From Candidatus Moraniibacteriota bacterium (GTDB taxonomy: Bacteria; Patescibacteriota; Minisyncoccia; Moranbacterales; UBA1568), in the NCBI GenBank assembly GCA_017983435.1, contig JAGOBM010000002.1, forward strand, positions 33,414 through 97,413: a stretch of 64,000 nucleotides of DNA, given 5' to 3'. Below, one piece after another: positions 49,466-61,779 of the stretch. Below the pieces are notes generated by a model. That model was not told the DNA's origin, did not search any database, and saw only the letters and a list, made by a program, of their open reading frames with translations. Position numbers and translations under genes: made by a program. Position 1 is the first letter of the stretch, and every line of letters begins with the position of its first letter.

Positions 49466-49541
49466 AAGAATATCGAATATGGAATGTAGAATGTAGACAA
49501 AATACATTTCCCTATATTCTCTATTCGAAATTCTCTATTCT
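49466..49541. repeat. GAATA-family inverted-repeat element between atpA and atpG
   Basis: The arms are GAAGAATATCGAATATGGAATGTAGAATGTAG (49466-49496) and CTATATTCTCTATTCGAAATTCTCTATTCT (49512-49541). Confidence 0.6.
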
Positions 49542-49546
49542 GATTT

Positions 49547-50437
49547 ATGGCGAGTGCACGAGACATCCGAAGACGCATCAAGGGCGTGAAAGCCACCGGG
49601 AAAATCACCCGGGCTATGGAGATGATTTCGGCTGTCAAAATGCGCAAAGCCGTCTCGGCGGTACTCGCGATCCGGCCGTATGCCGAGAGCGTGATCCAGG
49701 TGCTGCACCAGCTCTCGGTGGTCGGGGAGGATCATCCTCTGCTCGCGGTACGCGAGGTGAAGAAGGAGCTCTATGTCGTCATCACATCGAACCGCGGTCT
49801 GTGCGGAGCCTTCAATGCGCAGATCACCAAGCGGGTGCGGCAGATCCTGCGCGAGGATACCGATCGCGAGGCTTCGTTCATCACCATCGGCAAGAAGGGG
49901 GATGCGGCGGTACGGCGGCTCGGAGGCGATATCGTGGCTTCATTCCCGGACGTACTGGGGACCCCGACGGCCGAGCTTATGCGTCCGATCGCCAAGATCC
50001 TGATCGAGGCTTTCGAATCGAAGCAGATCGACCGCGTCGTCATGGTCTATACGGATTTCAAATCCATGCTGTCGCAGGAGGTGAAAGTGCGGGCGCTCCT
50101 GCCGGTGATCGAGAAAGATGTCCAGAAGGCGCTCAATGAGATCGAGCACGGCGCTATCAAGGAGCGGGTGATGCATGCCGAATACGTGATCGAACCTTCA
50201 GCCAAGAAGGTGCTTTGGAAGATGATCCCGCGTCTCCTCGAGATGGAGCTCTACCATGCGGTGCTCGAGAGCAATGCCTCGCAGGAAGCAGCCCGGATGA
50301 TGGCGATGCGCAGCGCGACGGATGCGGGCAAGGAGATGGCTGCTGACCTGACGCTCGCGTACAATCAGATCCGCCAGTCGAAGATCACCCAGGAAATCGC
50401 CGAGCTCTCAGCGGGTATGGCTGCCGTTTCGCGGTAG
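49547..50437 (+). CDS. atpG: F0F1 ATP synthase subunit gamma
   Basis: MASARDIRRRIKGVKATGKITRAMEMISAVKMRKA is the canonical gamma N-terminus. Confidence 0.9.
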   Translation: MASARDIRRRIKGVKATGKITRAMEMISAVKMRKAVSAVLAIRPYAESVIQVLHQLSVVGEDHPLLAVREVKKELYVVITSNRGLCGAFNAQITKRVRQILREDTDREASFITIGKKGDAAVRRLGGDIVASFPDVLGTPTAELMRPIAKILIEAFESKQIDRVVMVYTDFKSMLSQEVKVRALLPVIEKDVQKALNEIEHGAIKERVMHAEYVIEPSAKKVLWKMIPRLLEMELYHAVLESNASQEAARMMAMRSATDAGKEMAADLTLAYNQIRQSKITQEIAELSAGMAAVSR

Positions 50438-50616
50438 CGCGACGATTGTAGATTTAAGATTTTCGATTTTAGAATAAATACTCAGGTGTCATTCCGAGCG
50501 TAGTCGAGGAATCTAATGAACAGTAGATTTCTCGAGAGGCTCAGAATCAGTTGTTTGGAAAAAAGAAAAGCCCCGGCGCAGTTGCGACGAGGCTGATAGG
50601 TTGGCTAAGTTGCCGA

Positions 50617-50835
50617 TTACTTTTCTGGTTTTCGTGGTTGATTTTCGAATAGCCGGATAATGTTGGTGAAAAAAGTACCAACGAGGATGACGGAAATAAT
50701 TCCGATAACAACTATTCGAAACCAGAAGACTTCTGAAGTGGTGCTGAAAGCATGCAGGAAGATGAGTATCGGTCCAAAAAGAAGACTGGAAATAAAGACG
50801 TAGCCAGCGCTTAAGCAGTACAAGAACGATTTCAT
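50617..50835 (-). CDS. Small membrane protein (72 aa, 2 TM) in the AT-rich insertion
   Basis: It is a hydrophobic ORF on the opposite strand within the low-GC segment 50440-51547. Confidence 0.35.
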   Translation of the reverse strand: MKSFLYCLSAGYVFISSLLFGPILIFLHAFSTTSEVFWFRIVVIGIISVILVGTFFTNIIRLFENQPRKPEK

Positions 50836-50950
50836 GGCAGTTCTCCCGTTGGTTGTTAAGAGTACAAATTAATATGATAGCATAAAAAATAGAAAAAGTC
50901 AATATTGTATAACGTTATTAACCAGTATTTTCCTTTAATCAAGCTAAAAT

Positions 50951-51478
50951 ATGCCGGAAAAGGCAGCGAAAAATCTGGTAGCGATTCCGAATGAGCGCAT
51001 CGAAAAGCGGATTTTTTGGCTGCGCGGGGAAAAGGTGATGCTTGATGCCGATTTGGCAGAGTTGTATGATGTATTGACCGGAAACCTGAACAAAGCGGTC
51101 AAGCGTAATATCGATCGGTTCCCATCCGATTTTATGTTTCAGTTGAACAAGGCGGAATTTGATGGTTTGATGTTCCAAAATGGAATATCAAAAGGGCGAG
51201 GCGGGAAAAGAAAGCTGCCGTACGCTTTTACCGAGCAGGGTGTGGCGATGCTCTCGAGCGTATTGAAGAGCCAGCGGGCAGTAGCAGTGAATATCCAAAT
51301 TGTCCGGACATTCGTAGAGCTGCGGAAGATGCTCGCAACGCATGAAGGACTGAGGAAGAAGATCGAGGCGATGGAACGGAAGTATGACAAACAGTTCAAG
51401 GCGGTATTCGATGTGTTGCGGCAACTCTTGAAAGAAGAAACGGAGCCGAAACAGAAGATCGGATTTGCTATAAAACAG

Positions 51479-51481
<3 letters not shown>
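50951..51481 (+). CDS. ORF6N-domain (KilA-N-related) DNA-binding protein
   Basis: LRGEKVMLDADLAELYDV...NKAVKRNIDRFPSDFMFQLNKAEF...GKRKLPYAFTEQGVAMLSSVLKSQRAVAVNIQIVRTFVELRK is the characteristic ORF6N signature. Its stop codon lies inside a GAATA-family repeat. Confidence 0.75.
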
Positions 51482-52942
<1,461 letters not shown>

Positions 52943-52956
52943 TCGCCGATTATCCT

Positions 52957-53397
52957 ATGGGTATCAAATTCAAAATCGTCACTCCCGAGAAGACCGTGGT
53001 AGAGGAGGATATCTACCAGGCTCTTTTGCCGATCGAAGGCGGCGAGATTACCGTGCTGCCGAATCATATTCCCTATATCGGATCGCTCCAGGCGGGTGAG
53101 ATACGGCTGCGTCATGAGATGAATGGAGAAGAAACGAGCCTGGCGACTTCGGGCGGGTTTATCGAATTTCATGACAATGTCCTCGTCGTGTTGGCCGATA
53201 CGGCCGAGCGGGCGGATGAGATCGATCTGGCTCGGGCAGAAGAGGCACAAGAGCGGGCCAAGAAGATCATGACGGAACGGGTCCGCACGGATGACGAAGA
53301 ATACGCTCGTGTGGCCGCAGCGCTTGAGAAAGAGATGGCACGCGTCCGTGTGGCGCGGAAGCACCGCAGCCGGAGCGGGCAGATGAATAGTCTCTAA
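52957..53397 (+). CDS. atpC: F0F1 ATP synthase subunit epsilon
   Basis: An N-terminal beta-sandwich is followed by a C-terminal helical hairpin. It follows atpD. Confidence 0.9.
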   Translation: MGIKFKIVTPEKTVVEEDIYQALLPIEGGEITVLPNHIPYIGSLQAGEIRLRHEMNGEETSLATSGGFIEFHDNVLVVLADTAERADEIDLARAEEAQERAKKIMTERVRTDDEEYARVAAALEKEMARVRVARKHRSRSGQMNSL

Positions 53398-53427
53398 GGC
53401 GTCTGTCCAGCATCGATGTGTTTTTTG

Positions 53428-53456
53428 CAGCCGCCCTGAACGGGGCGGCTTTTGAT
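53428..53456 (+). terminator. Rho-independent terminator of the atp operon
   Basis: GCAGCCGCCCTGAACGGGGCGGCTTTTGATT has a GC stem followed by a T run. Confidence 0.7.
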
Positions 53457-53706
53457 TGGAGGGTCACATCAGTTGAGGCTTGATTTTTCCCGGGTACCGT
53501 GCTATGCTCTCGAGACAACTGAGAAAGTCCGACGCGGTTCCCGCCTCACGTTCGCTTGAGCAAGAGGATCAGGAATCGCACAGCTCCGCTCCCGAGACTT
53601 TCTTTGTTGACGGAGTTTTTTTTGTGAGAAAGATTCTTCCGGATCGCGTGAGCGTCACGGATACGCAGGGTTGTTTCATATAATTTATCAGTAAGAAGAA
53701 GACATT

Positions 53707-54213
53707 ATGGCTCTGGAATACGAGTTGTTCTATCTGGTGGGGGAGAAGAAGGATGCCGAGTTGCCTCGCATCAAGGAAGAGATCGAAGCGTTGGTAACCG
53801 GTGTCGGCGGGACATTTCTCCCGGCGGTGACGGAAGAGAAGCGCAAGATGGCGTACGAGATCAAGGACGAGATCCGCGGTACCTATATCGCGCGTCGGTT
53901 CACGCTGCCGGATCGAGATGAGCTCGAGCGCGCTGTCGATGAGATCCATCCGATCGTCAAGATCGAGCGTGCCCTGACGCTCTCGAAGGATGTGCTGCGT
54001 TCGCTCGTGCTGCGGGCGGAGGAGCTGCCGGAATTGAAAGCGATCGAGCGCGAAGAGCGCCCGGTGACTGACAAGCGTCTGGGTCGCGGTGAGCGCCAGC
54101 GGACTGCCCGGGTGACCAAGGATGTCCCAGTCATTCAGGAGAAGCCGGCCCCGGCCGCCAAGGAAGTCTCCACCAAGGAGATCGATAAGCAACTTGAGTC
54201 ATTGGGTATATAA
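53707..54213 (+). CDS. rpsF: 30S ribosomal protein S6 (with a charged C-terminal extension)
   Basis: MALEYELFYLVGEKK...RKMAYEIKDEIRGTYIARRF matches S6. It forms the rpsF-ssb-rpsR arrangement. Confidence 0.85.
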   Translation: MALEYELFYLVGEKKDAELPRIKEEIEALVTGVGGTFLPAVTEEKRKMAYEIKDEIRGTYIARRFTLPDRDELERAVDEIHPIVKIERALTLSKDVLRSLVLRAEELPELKAIEREERPVTDKRLGRGERQRTARVTKDVPVIQEKPAPAAKEVSTKEIDKQLESLGI

Positions 54214-54251
54214 TAGGATTACGAAGATAGATATTCGTAAGACAAAAAATT

Positions 54252-54740
54252 ATGAACGTGAATAAAGTGATTCTCGTCGGTCGATTGACACGTGATCCGG
54301 ATATGCGGACCACTCCGACCGGGCAGTCGGTAGCGACGCTCGGCATGGCGACGAACAACTACTGGACCGATAAGGCTGGGCAGAAGCAGGAGAAGACCGA
54401 GTTTCATACGGTCGTCCTCTGGGGGAAGCTCGCCGAAATCGCCGGTCAGTATCTCACGAAGGGTCAGGAGTGTTTTGTCGAAGGACGTCTCCAGAGCCGC
54501 GAATATACTGACAAGCAGGGTCAGCCGCGCAAGGTGACGGAAATCGTTGGTGAGAATATGCAGCTCGGATCCCGTGCGCAAGGCGGTGGACAGGGTGGTA
54601 GCTATCAGGCTTCATCAGCTCCGCGCCCGGCCGCTCGTCCCGCTGCTGCCGCTCCGGCCGCCGCACCGATGGAAGAGGAAATCCCGACTATCAATCTCGA
54701 TGACGAGAAAGAGATTCGGATCGAAGATGTCCCGTTCTAA
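54252..54740 (+). CDS. ssb: Single-stranded DNA-binding protein
   Basis: MNVNKVILVGRLTRDPDMR...FHTVVLWGKLAE is the OB fold, followed by a Gly/Ala/Pro-rich linker and an acidic tail ending EDVPF. Confidence 0.9.
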   Translation: MNVNKVILVGRLTRDPDMRTTPTGQSVATLGMATNNYWTDKAGQKQEKTEFHTVVLWGKLAEIAGQYLTKGQECFVEGRLQSREYTDKQGQPRKVTEIVGENMQLGSRAQGGGQGGSYQASSAPRPAARPAAAAPAAAPMEEEIPTINLDDEKEIRIEDVPF

Positions 54741-54782
54741 GCTCTTTGCTTGATACGACGCGACATGATGCGTCTCGGGATG

Positions 54783-54866
54783 CGGAAGAGATTTTTCCTG
54801 CTGCCCGAGACTTCCGAGGCGATAGCGAGGGAAAAATCTGCTTTCGCATCCCGAGAAATGACACTA
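54783..54866 (+). ncRNA. Conserved stem-loop element, copy 3 of 3
   Basis: The outer stem is TCTCGGGATGCGGAAG / CTTTCGCATCCCGAGA. The loop is UGCUGCCCGAGACUUCCGAGGCGAUAGCGAGGGAAAA. It lies between ssb and rpsR. Confidence 0.45.
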
Positions 54867-54908
54867 TTTTTTTGAAGATTAAGTAACTCGTATTGATTTG
54901 CAGTCACT

Positions 54909-55109
54909 ATGGCACTCGAAACCAAGCAGCTCAAGAAGCTCGCGCACATCGACTATAAGGATGCGTACTTTCTGCGCAAATTCCTGAACTCTCAGGGCAA
55001 GATGTATCCTCCGAAGCGGCACGGATTGTCCGCCAAGCAGCAGCGCTGTCTCGCTCAGGCGGTCAAGCGCGCCCGCTTCATGGCGCTCATCCCGTACGTC
55101 GTGAAATAA
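54909..55109 (+). CDS. rpsR: 30S ribosomal protein S18
   Basis: IDYKDAYFLRKFLNSQGKMYPPKRHGLSAKQQRCLAQAVKRARFMAL is the canonical S18. Confidence 0.9.
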   Translation: MALETKQLKKLAHIDYKDAYFLRKFLNSQGKMYPPKRHGLSAKQQRCLAQAVKRARFMALIPYVVK

Positions 55110-55265
55110 CAGGTATTGCCTGATTTTACCGTCCGCCAGCTGGCGGATCGGAAATGAAAGTGAGTTTTCATTTCGCTCACTTCCCTGCCTGTCGGCAGAC
55201 AGGGTTTGGTAATAAAACGGTTCCGGAGATTGGCTCCGGATGGTGAAGTTTAAGATTGTTCATCT

Positions 55266-55823
55266 ATGTTAGGTCTGACTGAAATCAAAACCGGCAAGCG
55301 GATACTCCTGAATGAGGAGCCGTATGTCGTCATGGACTATCAGCACTCGAAAACCGGCCGGGCCGGCGCTGTGCTGCGTACGAAACTCAAGAATCTGCTG
55401 ACGGGAGCGACTATCGATCACACGTTCCAGGGAGCGGAAAAGGTCGAGGAGTCCGAAGTCGGCAAAGCGAAGGCGCAGTATCTGTATCGCGAGGGTGATG
55501 ATTTTGCCTTCATGGATATGGAGAGCTATGATCAATTTTCGCTGCCGGCGACGGTCATCGGCGATCTGGCGCAGTACCTGGTCGAGGGGACCGAGGTGAC
55601 GATGCTTACCTGGAATAGCGCTCCGATCAATGCCGAACTGCCGGTGAAGGTGACGCTTACGGTGACGGATGCCCCCCCGGGAATCCGCGGCGACTCGGTG
55701 TCGGCCGGAGACAAAGTGGTGACGATGGAGACCGGTCTTCAGGTCACAACCCCGCTTTTCATCAAGGAAGGCGACAAGCTCATCATCAATACTGAGAAGG
55801 GGACCTACGTATCCCGGGCATAA
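55266..55823 (+). CDS. efp: Elongation factor P
   Basis: Three OB/KOW-like domains are present, YVVMDYQHSKTGRAGAVLRTKLKNLLTG. Confidence 0.9.
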   Translation: MLGLTEIKTGKRILLNEEPYVVMDYQHSKTGRAGAVLRTKLKNLLTGATIDHTFQGAEKVEESEVGKAKAQYLYREGDDFAFMDMESYDQFSLPATVIGDLAQYLVEGTEVTMLTWNSAPINAELPVKVTLTVTDAPPGIRGDSVSAGDKVVTMETGLQVTTPLFIKEGDKLIINTEKGTYVSRA

Positions 55824-55839
55824 GGCTCTGGTTCATGGG

Positions 55840-55875
55840 AAAAAACCGTCTGAAAAGGCGGTTTTTTGTTTTGTT
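55840..55875 (+). terminator. Rho-independent terminator after efp
   Basis: AAAAAACCG-TCTGAAAAGG-CGGTTTTTT has a 9-bp stem including A-U pairs, with a T tract. Confidence 0.55.
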
Positions 55876-55951
55876 TCTGCGGAAAATAACGATATGTCGA
55901 CCGTTGCTTTTTTTGCTGGAAAAGGCTAGAATAGGAGAGCAAAGGCTTTAA

Positions 55952-58420
<2,469 letters not shown>

Positions 58421-58708
58421 AAGAGAGGAATGGTGGGATCCTTTCGATGGCTTTTTCGTACCGTATTTCCGGACGACCGTTTCATGACATCACGCCGAGA
58501 AAATCTCCTGTCCGCTACGGAAGACTCGCGTCACGGAAATTTTCTAGCGGCGCCGCTGTCAGAAACGGGAGCGTCCGAAAACACATGGTACGAGAAAAAC
58601 CAACCGAAAGAACCCACACCCGTATTCTTCTTCCTTCTTGACGGAATCAGGGAAAAATGATAGCGTTCAGGTACTCTTTTTCGCTCTTTGAGCCGTTTTT
58701 CGACAGAT

Positions 58709-59032
58709 ATGCCGCTGCCTCTGGAACAATTGGAGCCGCTCGTGCATTGCCCGGTGTGCAACAAGAAATACCGAGGATTGCGTATGCTGCCGGTCGCAGA
58801 GGAAGATAAGCGGACGACGCTGCATCTGACCTGCGAGCACTGCGGAGGCAAGACGCTCGTGGCGGTTTCCATGACGCAGTTCGGTATGATGAGTTTCGGT
58901 ATCATGACCGATCTCGATCAATCGGAAGCGAAACGGGTGCTCGGAGCCGATCCGGTCTCAGCCGATCAGGTGATTGAGGCGCATCGCTTCTTCAAGCAGC
59001 ATCGGGGAGGAGTCGAAGAGCTGATCGGATAG
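58709..59032 (+). CDS. Hypothetical zinc-ribbon protein (CPVC...CEHC)
   Basis: Two CxxC pairs lie about 20 residues apart. No further family was recognised. Confidence 0.45.
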   Translation: MPLPLEQLEPLVHCPVCNKKYRGLRMLPVAEEDKRTTLHLTCEHCGGKTLVAVSMTQFGMMSFGIMTDLDQSEAKRVLGADPVSADQVIEAHRFFKQHRGGVEELIG

Positions 59033-59074
59033 TCGGAGAGGATTTTTCATAAATAATCGTTTGAACAGAAGCCT

Positions 59075-59734
59075 ATGTCAGAGACACTGAAACTTACCGT
59101 GACCGAGCGTGAGGCGGCGGGCAAGGACTTGAATCGCTCGCGCAAGGCTGGGCTGGTCCCGGCAGTGCTCTATGGGCATGGCGTCGAGCCGCGGATGTTC
59201 TGGATGAACGCTATCGAATTCGGCAAAGTGTTCCGTACCGCCGGTGAGAGTACGATTTTTTCGTTGTCAGCCGGCAAGGGGGCTGCGCTCAATGTGCTCG
59301 TGCACGATGTCCAGACCAATCCGCTGACGAGCCGGGTATCGCATGTCGATTTCTATCAGGTCCGTATGGATGAGGAGCTCGAGACCAATGTGCCGCTCGA
59401 ACTGATCAATGAGTCGCCGGCGGTCCGCGAAGGCGGTATCCTCGTGAAGACGCTCGAGGAAGTCGAGATCAAATGTCTGCCGAAGGATCTCCCGCATTCG
59501 ATCACCGTCGATCTTTCTAAGCTGGTTACTTTCGATGATCAGATCAAGGTGAGTGATCTCAAGCCGGGCAAGGGCGTGGAAATCCTGACCGAAGCCGATA
59601 CGGTGCTCGCGCTCGTCGAGGCTCCGCGTACCGCGGCTGATATCGCGGCGCTCGATACCAAGATCGAGATGGACGTGACCAAGGTAGAGGGAGTCGTCAA
59701 AGAGACTCCGGCTGCGGAAGCCGAGAAGAAATAG
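59075..59734 (+). CDS. rplY: 50S ribosomal protein L25 / general stress protein Ctc
   Basis: LKLTVTEREAAGKDLNRSRKAGLVPAVLYGHG is the canonical L25 N-terminus, followed by the Ctc C-terminal domain. Confidence 0.9.
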   Translation: MSETLKLTVTEREAAGKDLNRSRKAGLVPAVLYGHGVEPRMFWMNAIEFGKVFRTAGESTIFSLSAGKGAALNVLVHDVQTNPLTSRVSHVDFYQVRMDEELETNVPLELINESPAVREGGILVKTLEEVEIKCLPKDLPHSITVDLSKLVTFDDQIKVSDLKPGKGVEILTEADTVLALVEAPRTAADIAALDTKIEMDVTKVEGVVKETPAAEAEKK

Positions 59735-59756
59735 CTCTCTTCTAGTCTTGATTCGA

Positions 59757-59790
59757 GAGAAAGCCGCCCTCCGGGGCGGTCTTTTTTTTG
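59757..59790 (+). terminator. Rho-independent terminator after rplY
   Basis: GAAAGCCGCCCTCCGGGGCGGTCTTTTTTTTG has a GC stem followed by a T8 run. Confidence 0.8.
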
Positions 59791-60240
59791 TTGCACAAGG
59801 TATCGAATAGAACCACCAACCGACTCACCTCGTGCGCCGTCAAAATCCCTGCGATCCGCCAGCTGGCGGATTGACTGACGTGAAAGCATTTCATTCCGTC
59901 ATCCTGACGGAAACCATGCTGAAATGCTTTCAAGCCGCGCCCTGAGGCGAGATCGGTCTGGAGGTTCTTTACGCTTGTGCTCTGGTCTAGGAAATGATTT
60001 TGCATAACTTCCGACTTCGCTGCAACGTTGCGATACCACCCCTCGCCGACCCAGCCAGAAAGCTTTTTCTGATGCCCGAGGTGCTTTAAACCGATAGTGA
60101 GGAAAAAATTTGCTGGCTGGATCGGTGAGGGTCATGATTCTATGGATTTATAGCCTCTGGTTCGGGAAACTGTCGGGAAATAGTATACAGAAAATAGTGT
60201 CGGCGCGTCTCTGGAAAAAGATTCTGCTTGGCACCAAATC

Positions 60241-61014
60241 ATGTATACTAGCCCTATGGAAAAACGATGGAACATTATCGGGGGATTGGTGTTGGCGGCT
60301 TGTCTCGTAGGCGCTGCTTGGGTATGGAACACGCGACCTGTCGGGACGGTAGTATTGGAAAATGGCAGCGCGGAAGGCATCCAGGAGATGGCTATCGGAA
60401 CTGAAGTGGCGGAGACGACCCCTGATGAGCCAGCGGTCGTGCCATCGCCAGAGATCGAGAAGCCGACCCCGAAAGCACCGGAGGAAAAGACAGGAACGGA
60501 AAAGCCGGAAGAGAAAGCTGCTCCGTCACCGACGACTGCTCCTTCGAAATTCAAGGTGATTGAGCGGCGAGTGAATTTTGGGTTTGGTGCGGCGGATCGA
60601 AAAGCGAAAGACATCGATACGATCGTGTTGCATTCCTCATACAACAATCAGGGAGGAGACCGGTACTCGGTCGACACAGTCATCGGTATCTGGAAGAGTT
60701 ACGACGTCGCGCCGCACTATCTGGTCGATCGGAAGGGGAATGCCTACCGGCTGGTCGATGAGAGCGATATCGCGTATCATGCGGGAGTATCGGAAATGAA
60801 GGACGGTCGGACGAATGTGAACGCTTTTTCGATCGGGATCGAGATACTGAATGCGGAGGATGACGACTATACGGACGCGGAATACGAGGCTATCCGGGAT
60901 CTGATCGCGGAGCTCAAGCAGACATATCCGATCAAATATGTCGTCGGGCACGATGATATTGCTCCCGGCAGAAAGACCGATCCGTGGAATTTTGATTGGA
61001 AACACATTCGTTGA
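60241..61014 (+). CDS. Membrane-anchored N-acetylmuramoyl-L-alanine amidase (Amidase_2/PGRP domain)
   Basis: An N-terminal TM segment and a Pro/Glu/Lys linker are followed by IDTIVLHSS...AYHAG...GHDDIAPGRKTDPWNFDW, the amidase_2 Zn-ligand pattern. Confidence 0.85.
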   Translation: MYTSPMEKRWNIIGGLVLAACLVGAAWVWNTRPVGTVVLENGSAEGIQEMAIGTEVAETTPDEPAVVPSPEIEKPTPKAPEEKTGTEKPEEKAAPSPTTAPSKFKVIERRVNFGFGAADRKAKDIDTIVLHSSYNNQGGDRYSVDTVIGIWKSYDVAPHYLVDRKGNAYRLVDESDIAYHAGVSEMKDGRTNVNAFSIGIEILNAEDDDYTDAEYEAIRDLIAELKQTYPIKYVVGHDDIAPGRKTDPWNFDWKHIR

Positions 61015-61144
61015 TTTTCGATTTTCGATGTTTGATTTTAGAATCCTCTTTCCAAAAGGAGTCAAAAAAATATTATTCTATCCTTTCTTGTGGCTCTGAG
61101 ATTCCAAAATCCAGAATCTAATATCCAGAATCATCTCAAAGAGT

Positions 61145-61426
61145 ATGTATAATCTTCGATTGCAGGTTGAAAAAGACAAGTCAAGGCTCGCTCTCTATCA
61201 AAATGGGGTGGAGCGGGCAGCGCGCGAGTGGGAGGAATCCCGGGATATGGGAAGGCGAGTATTTGAGTCTATCGAGGAGGTGATGAAGGAGGCATCTATC
61301 GTCCCGGAAAACATCGCTTCCTTCCAGGTAATCTCTGAATTGCCGGACTCATCGACGTCGAGGCGGATTGCTGAAACCGTGGCCCGGGTGTATACTTTTG
61401 GGGTGGAGACTCCTGGGTCGGATTGA
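61145..61426 (+). CDS. Hypothetical 93-aa protein with weak resemblance to the N-terminal half-domain of TsaB/YeaZ
   Basis: LRLQVEKDKSRLALYQNG and ...SSTSRRIAETVARVYTFG loosely echo TsaB blocks. It is too short to be functional TsaB. Confidence 0.3.
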   Translation: MYNLRLQVEKDKSRLALYQNGVERAAREWEESRDMGRRVFESIEEVMKEASIVPENIASFQVISELPDSSTSRRIAETVARVYTFGVETPGSD

Positions 61427-61509
61427 GTCGGGAGAACAAAATAAAAATGACACAAGGAAACCAACCCTGTTTCGAGGAAGGCTCATAAAAGCCTCTTTTT
61501 GGATTTGAT

Positions 61510-61538
61510 TTGACAGGGTGCGCTTATATTGATACTAT
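61510..61538 (+). promoter_or_regulatory. Putative sigma70 promoter for rpoB (TTGACA, 17 nt, TACTAT) with a roughly 240-nt leader
   Basis: The -35 is a perfect consensus at 61510-61515, the spacer is 17 nt, and the -10 matches 4 of 6 at 61533-61538. Confidence 0.4.
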
Positions 61539-61779
61539 CACCGGTACTGTTTTGAGAAGTGGCTGACTTTTCTGTCTCGAATCGCCTTTGGGTGAAAAGG
61601 TCTATGGCGAGACCGAGTTGGAGGGTGGTTACATGGGAAGTAACTCGCAGTTTCCAACCCAACCAGAATGGAGCGAACGCACGCCCTATTCATAATTCAA
61701 TAGCTTAACCGTAATCTCACAGGCTCTGCTTGTCAGAGGGGCGACCCGAAGGCAAGAAGAATACCGTGAGCGCCTTTTT

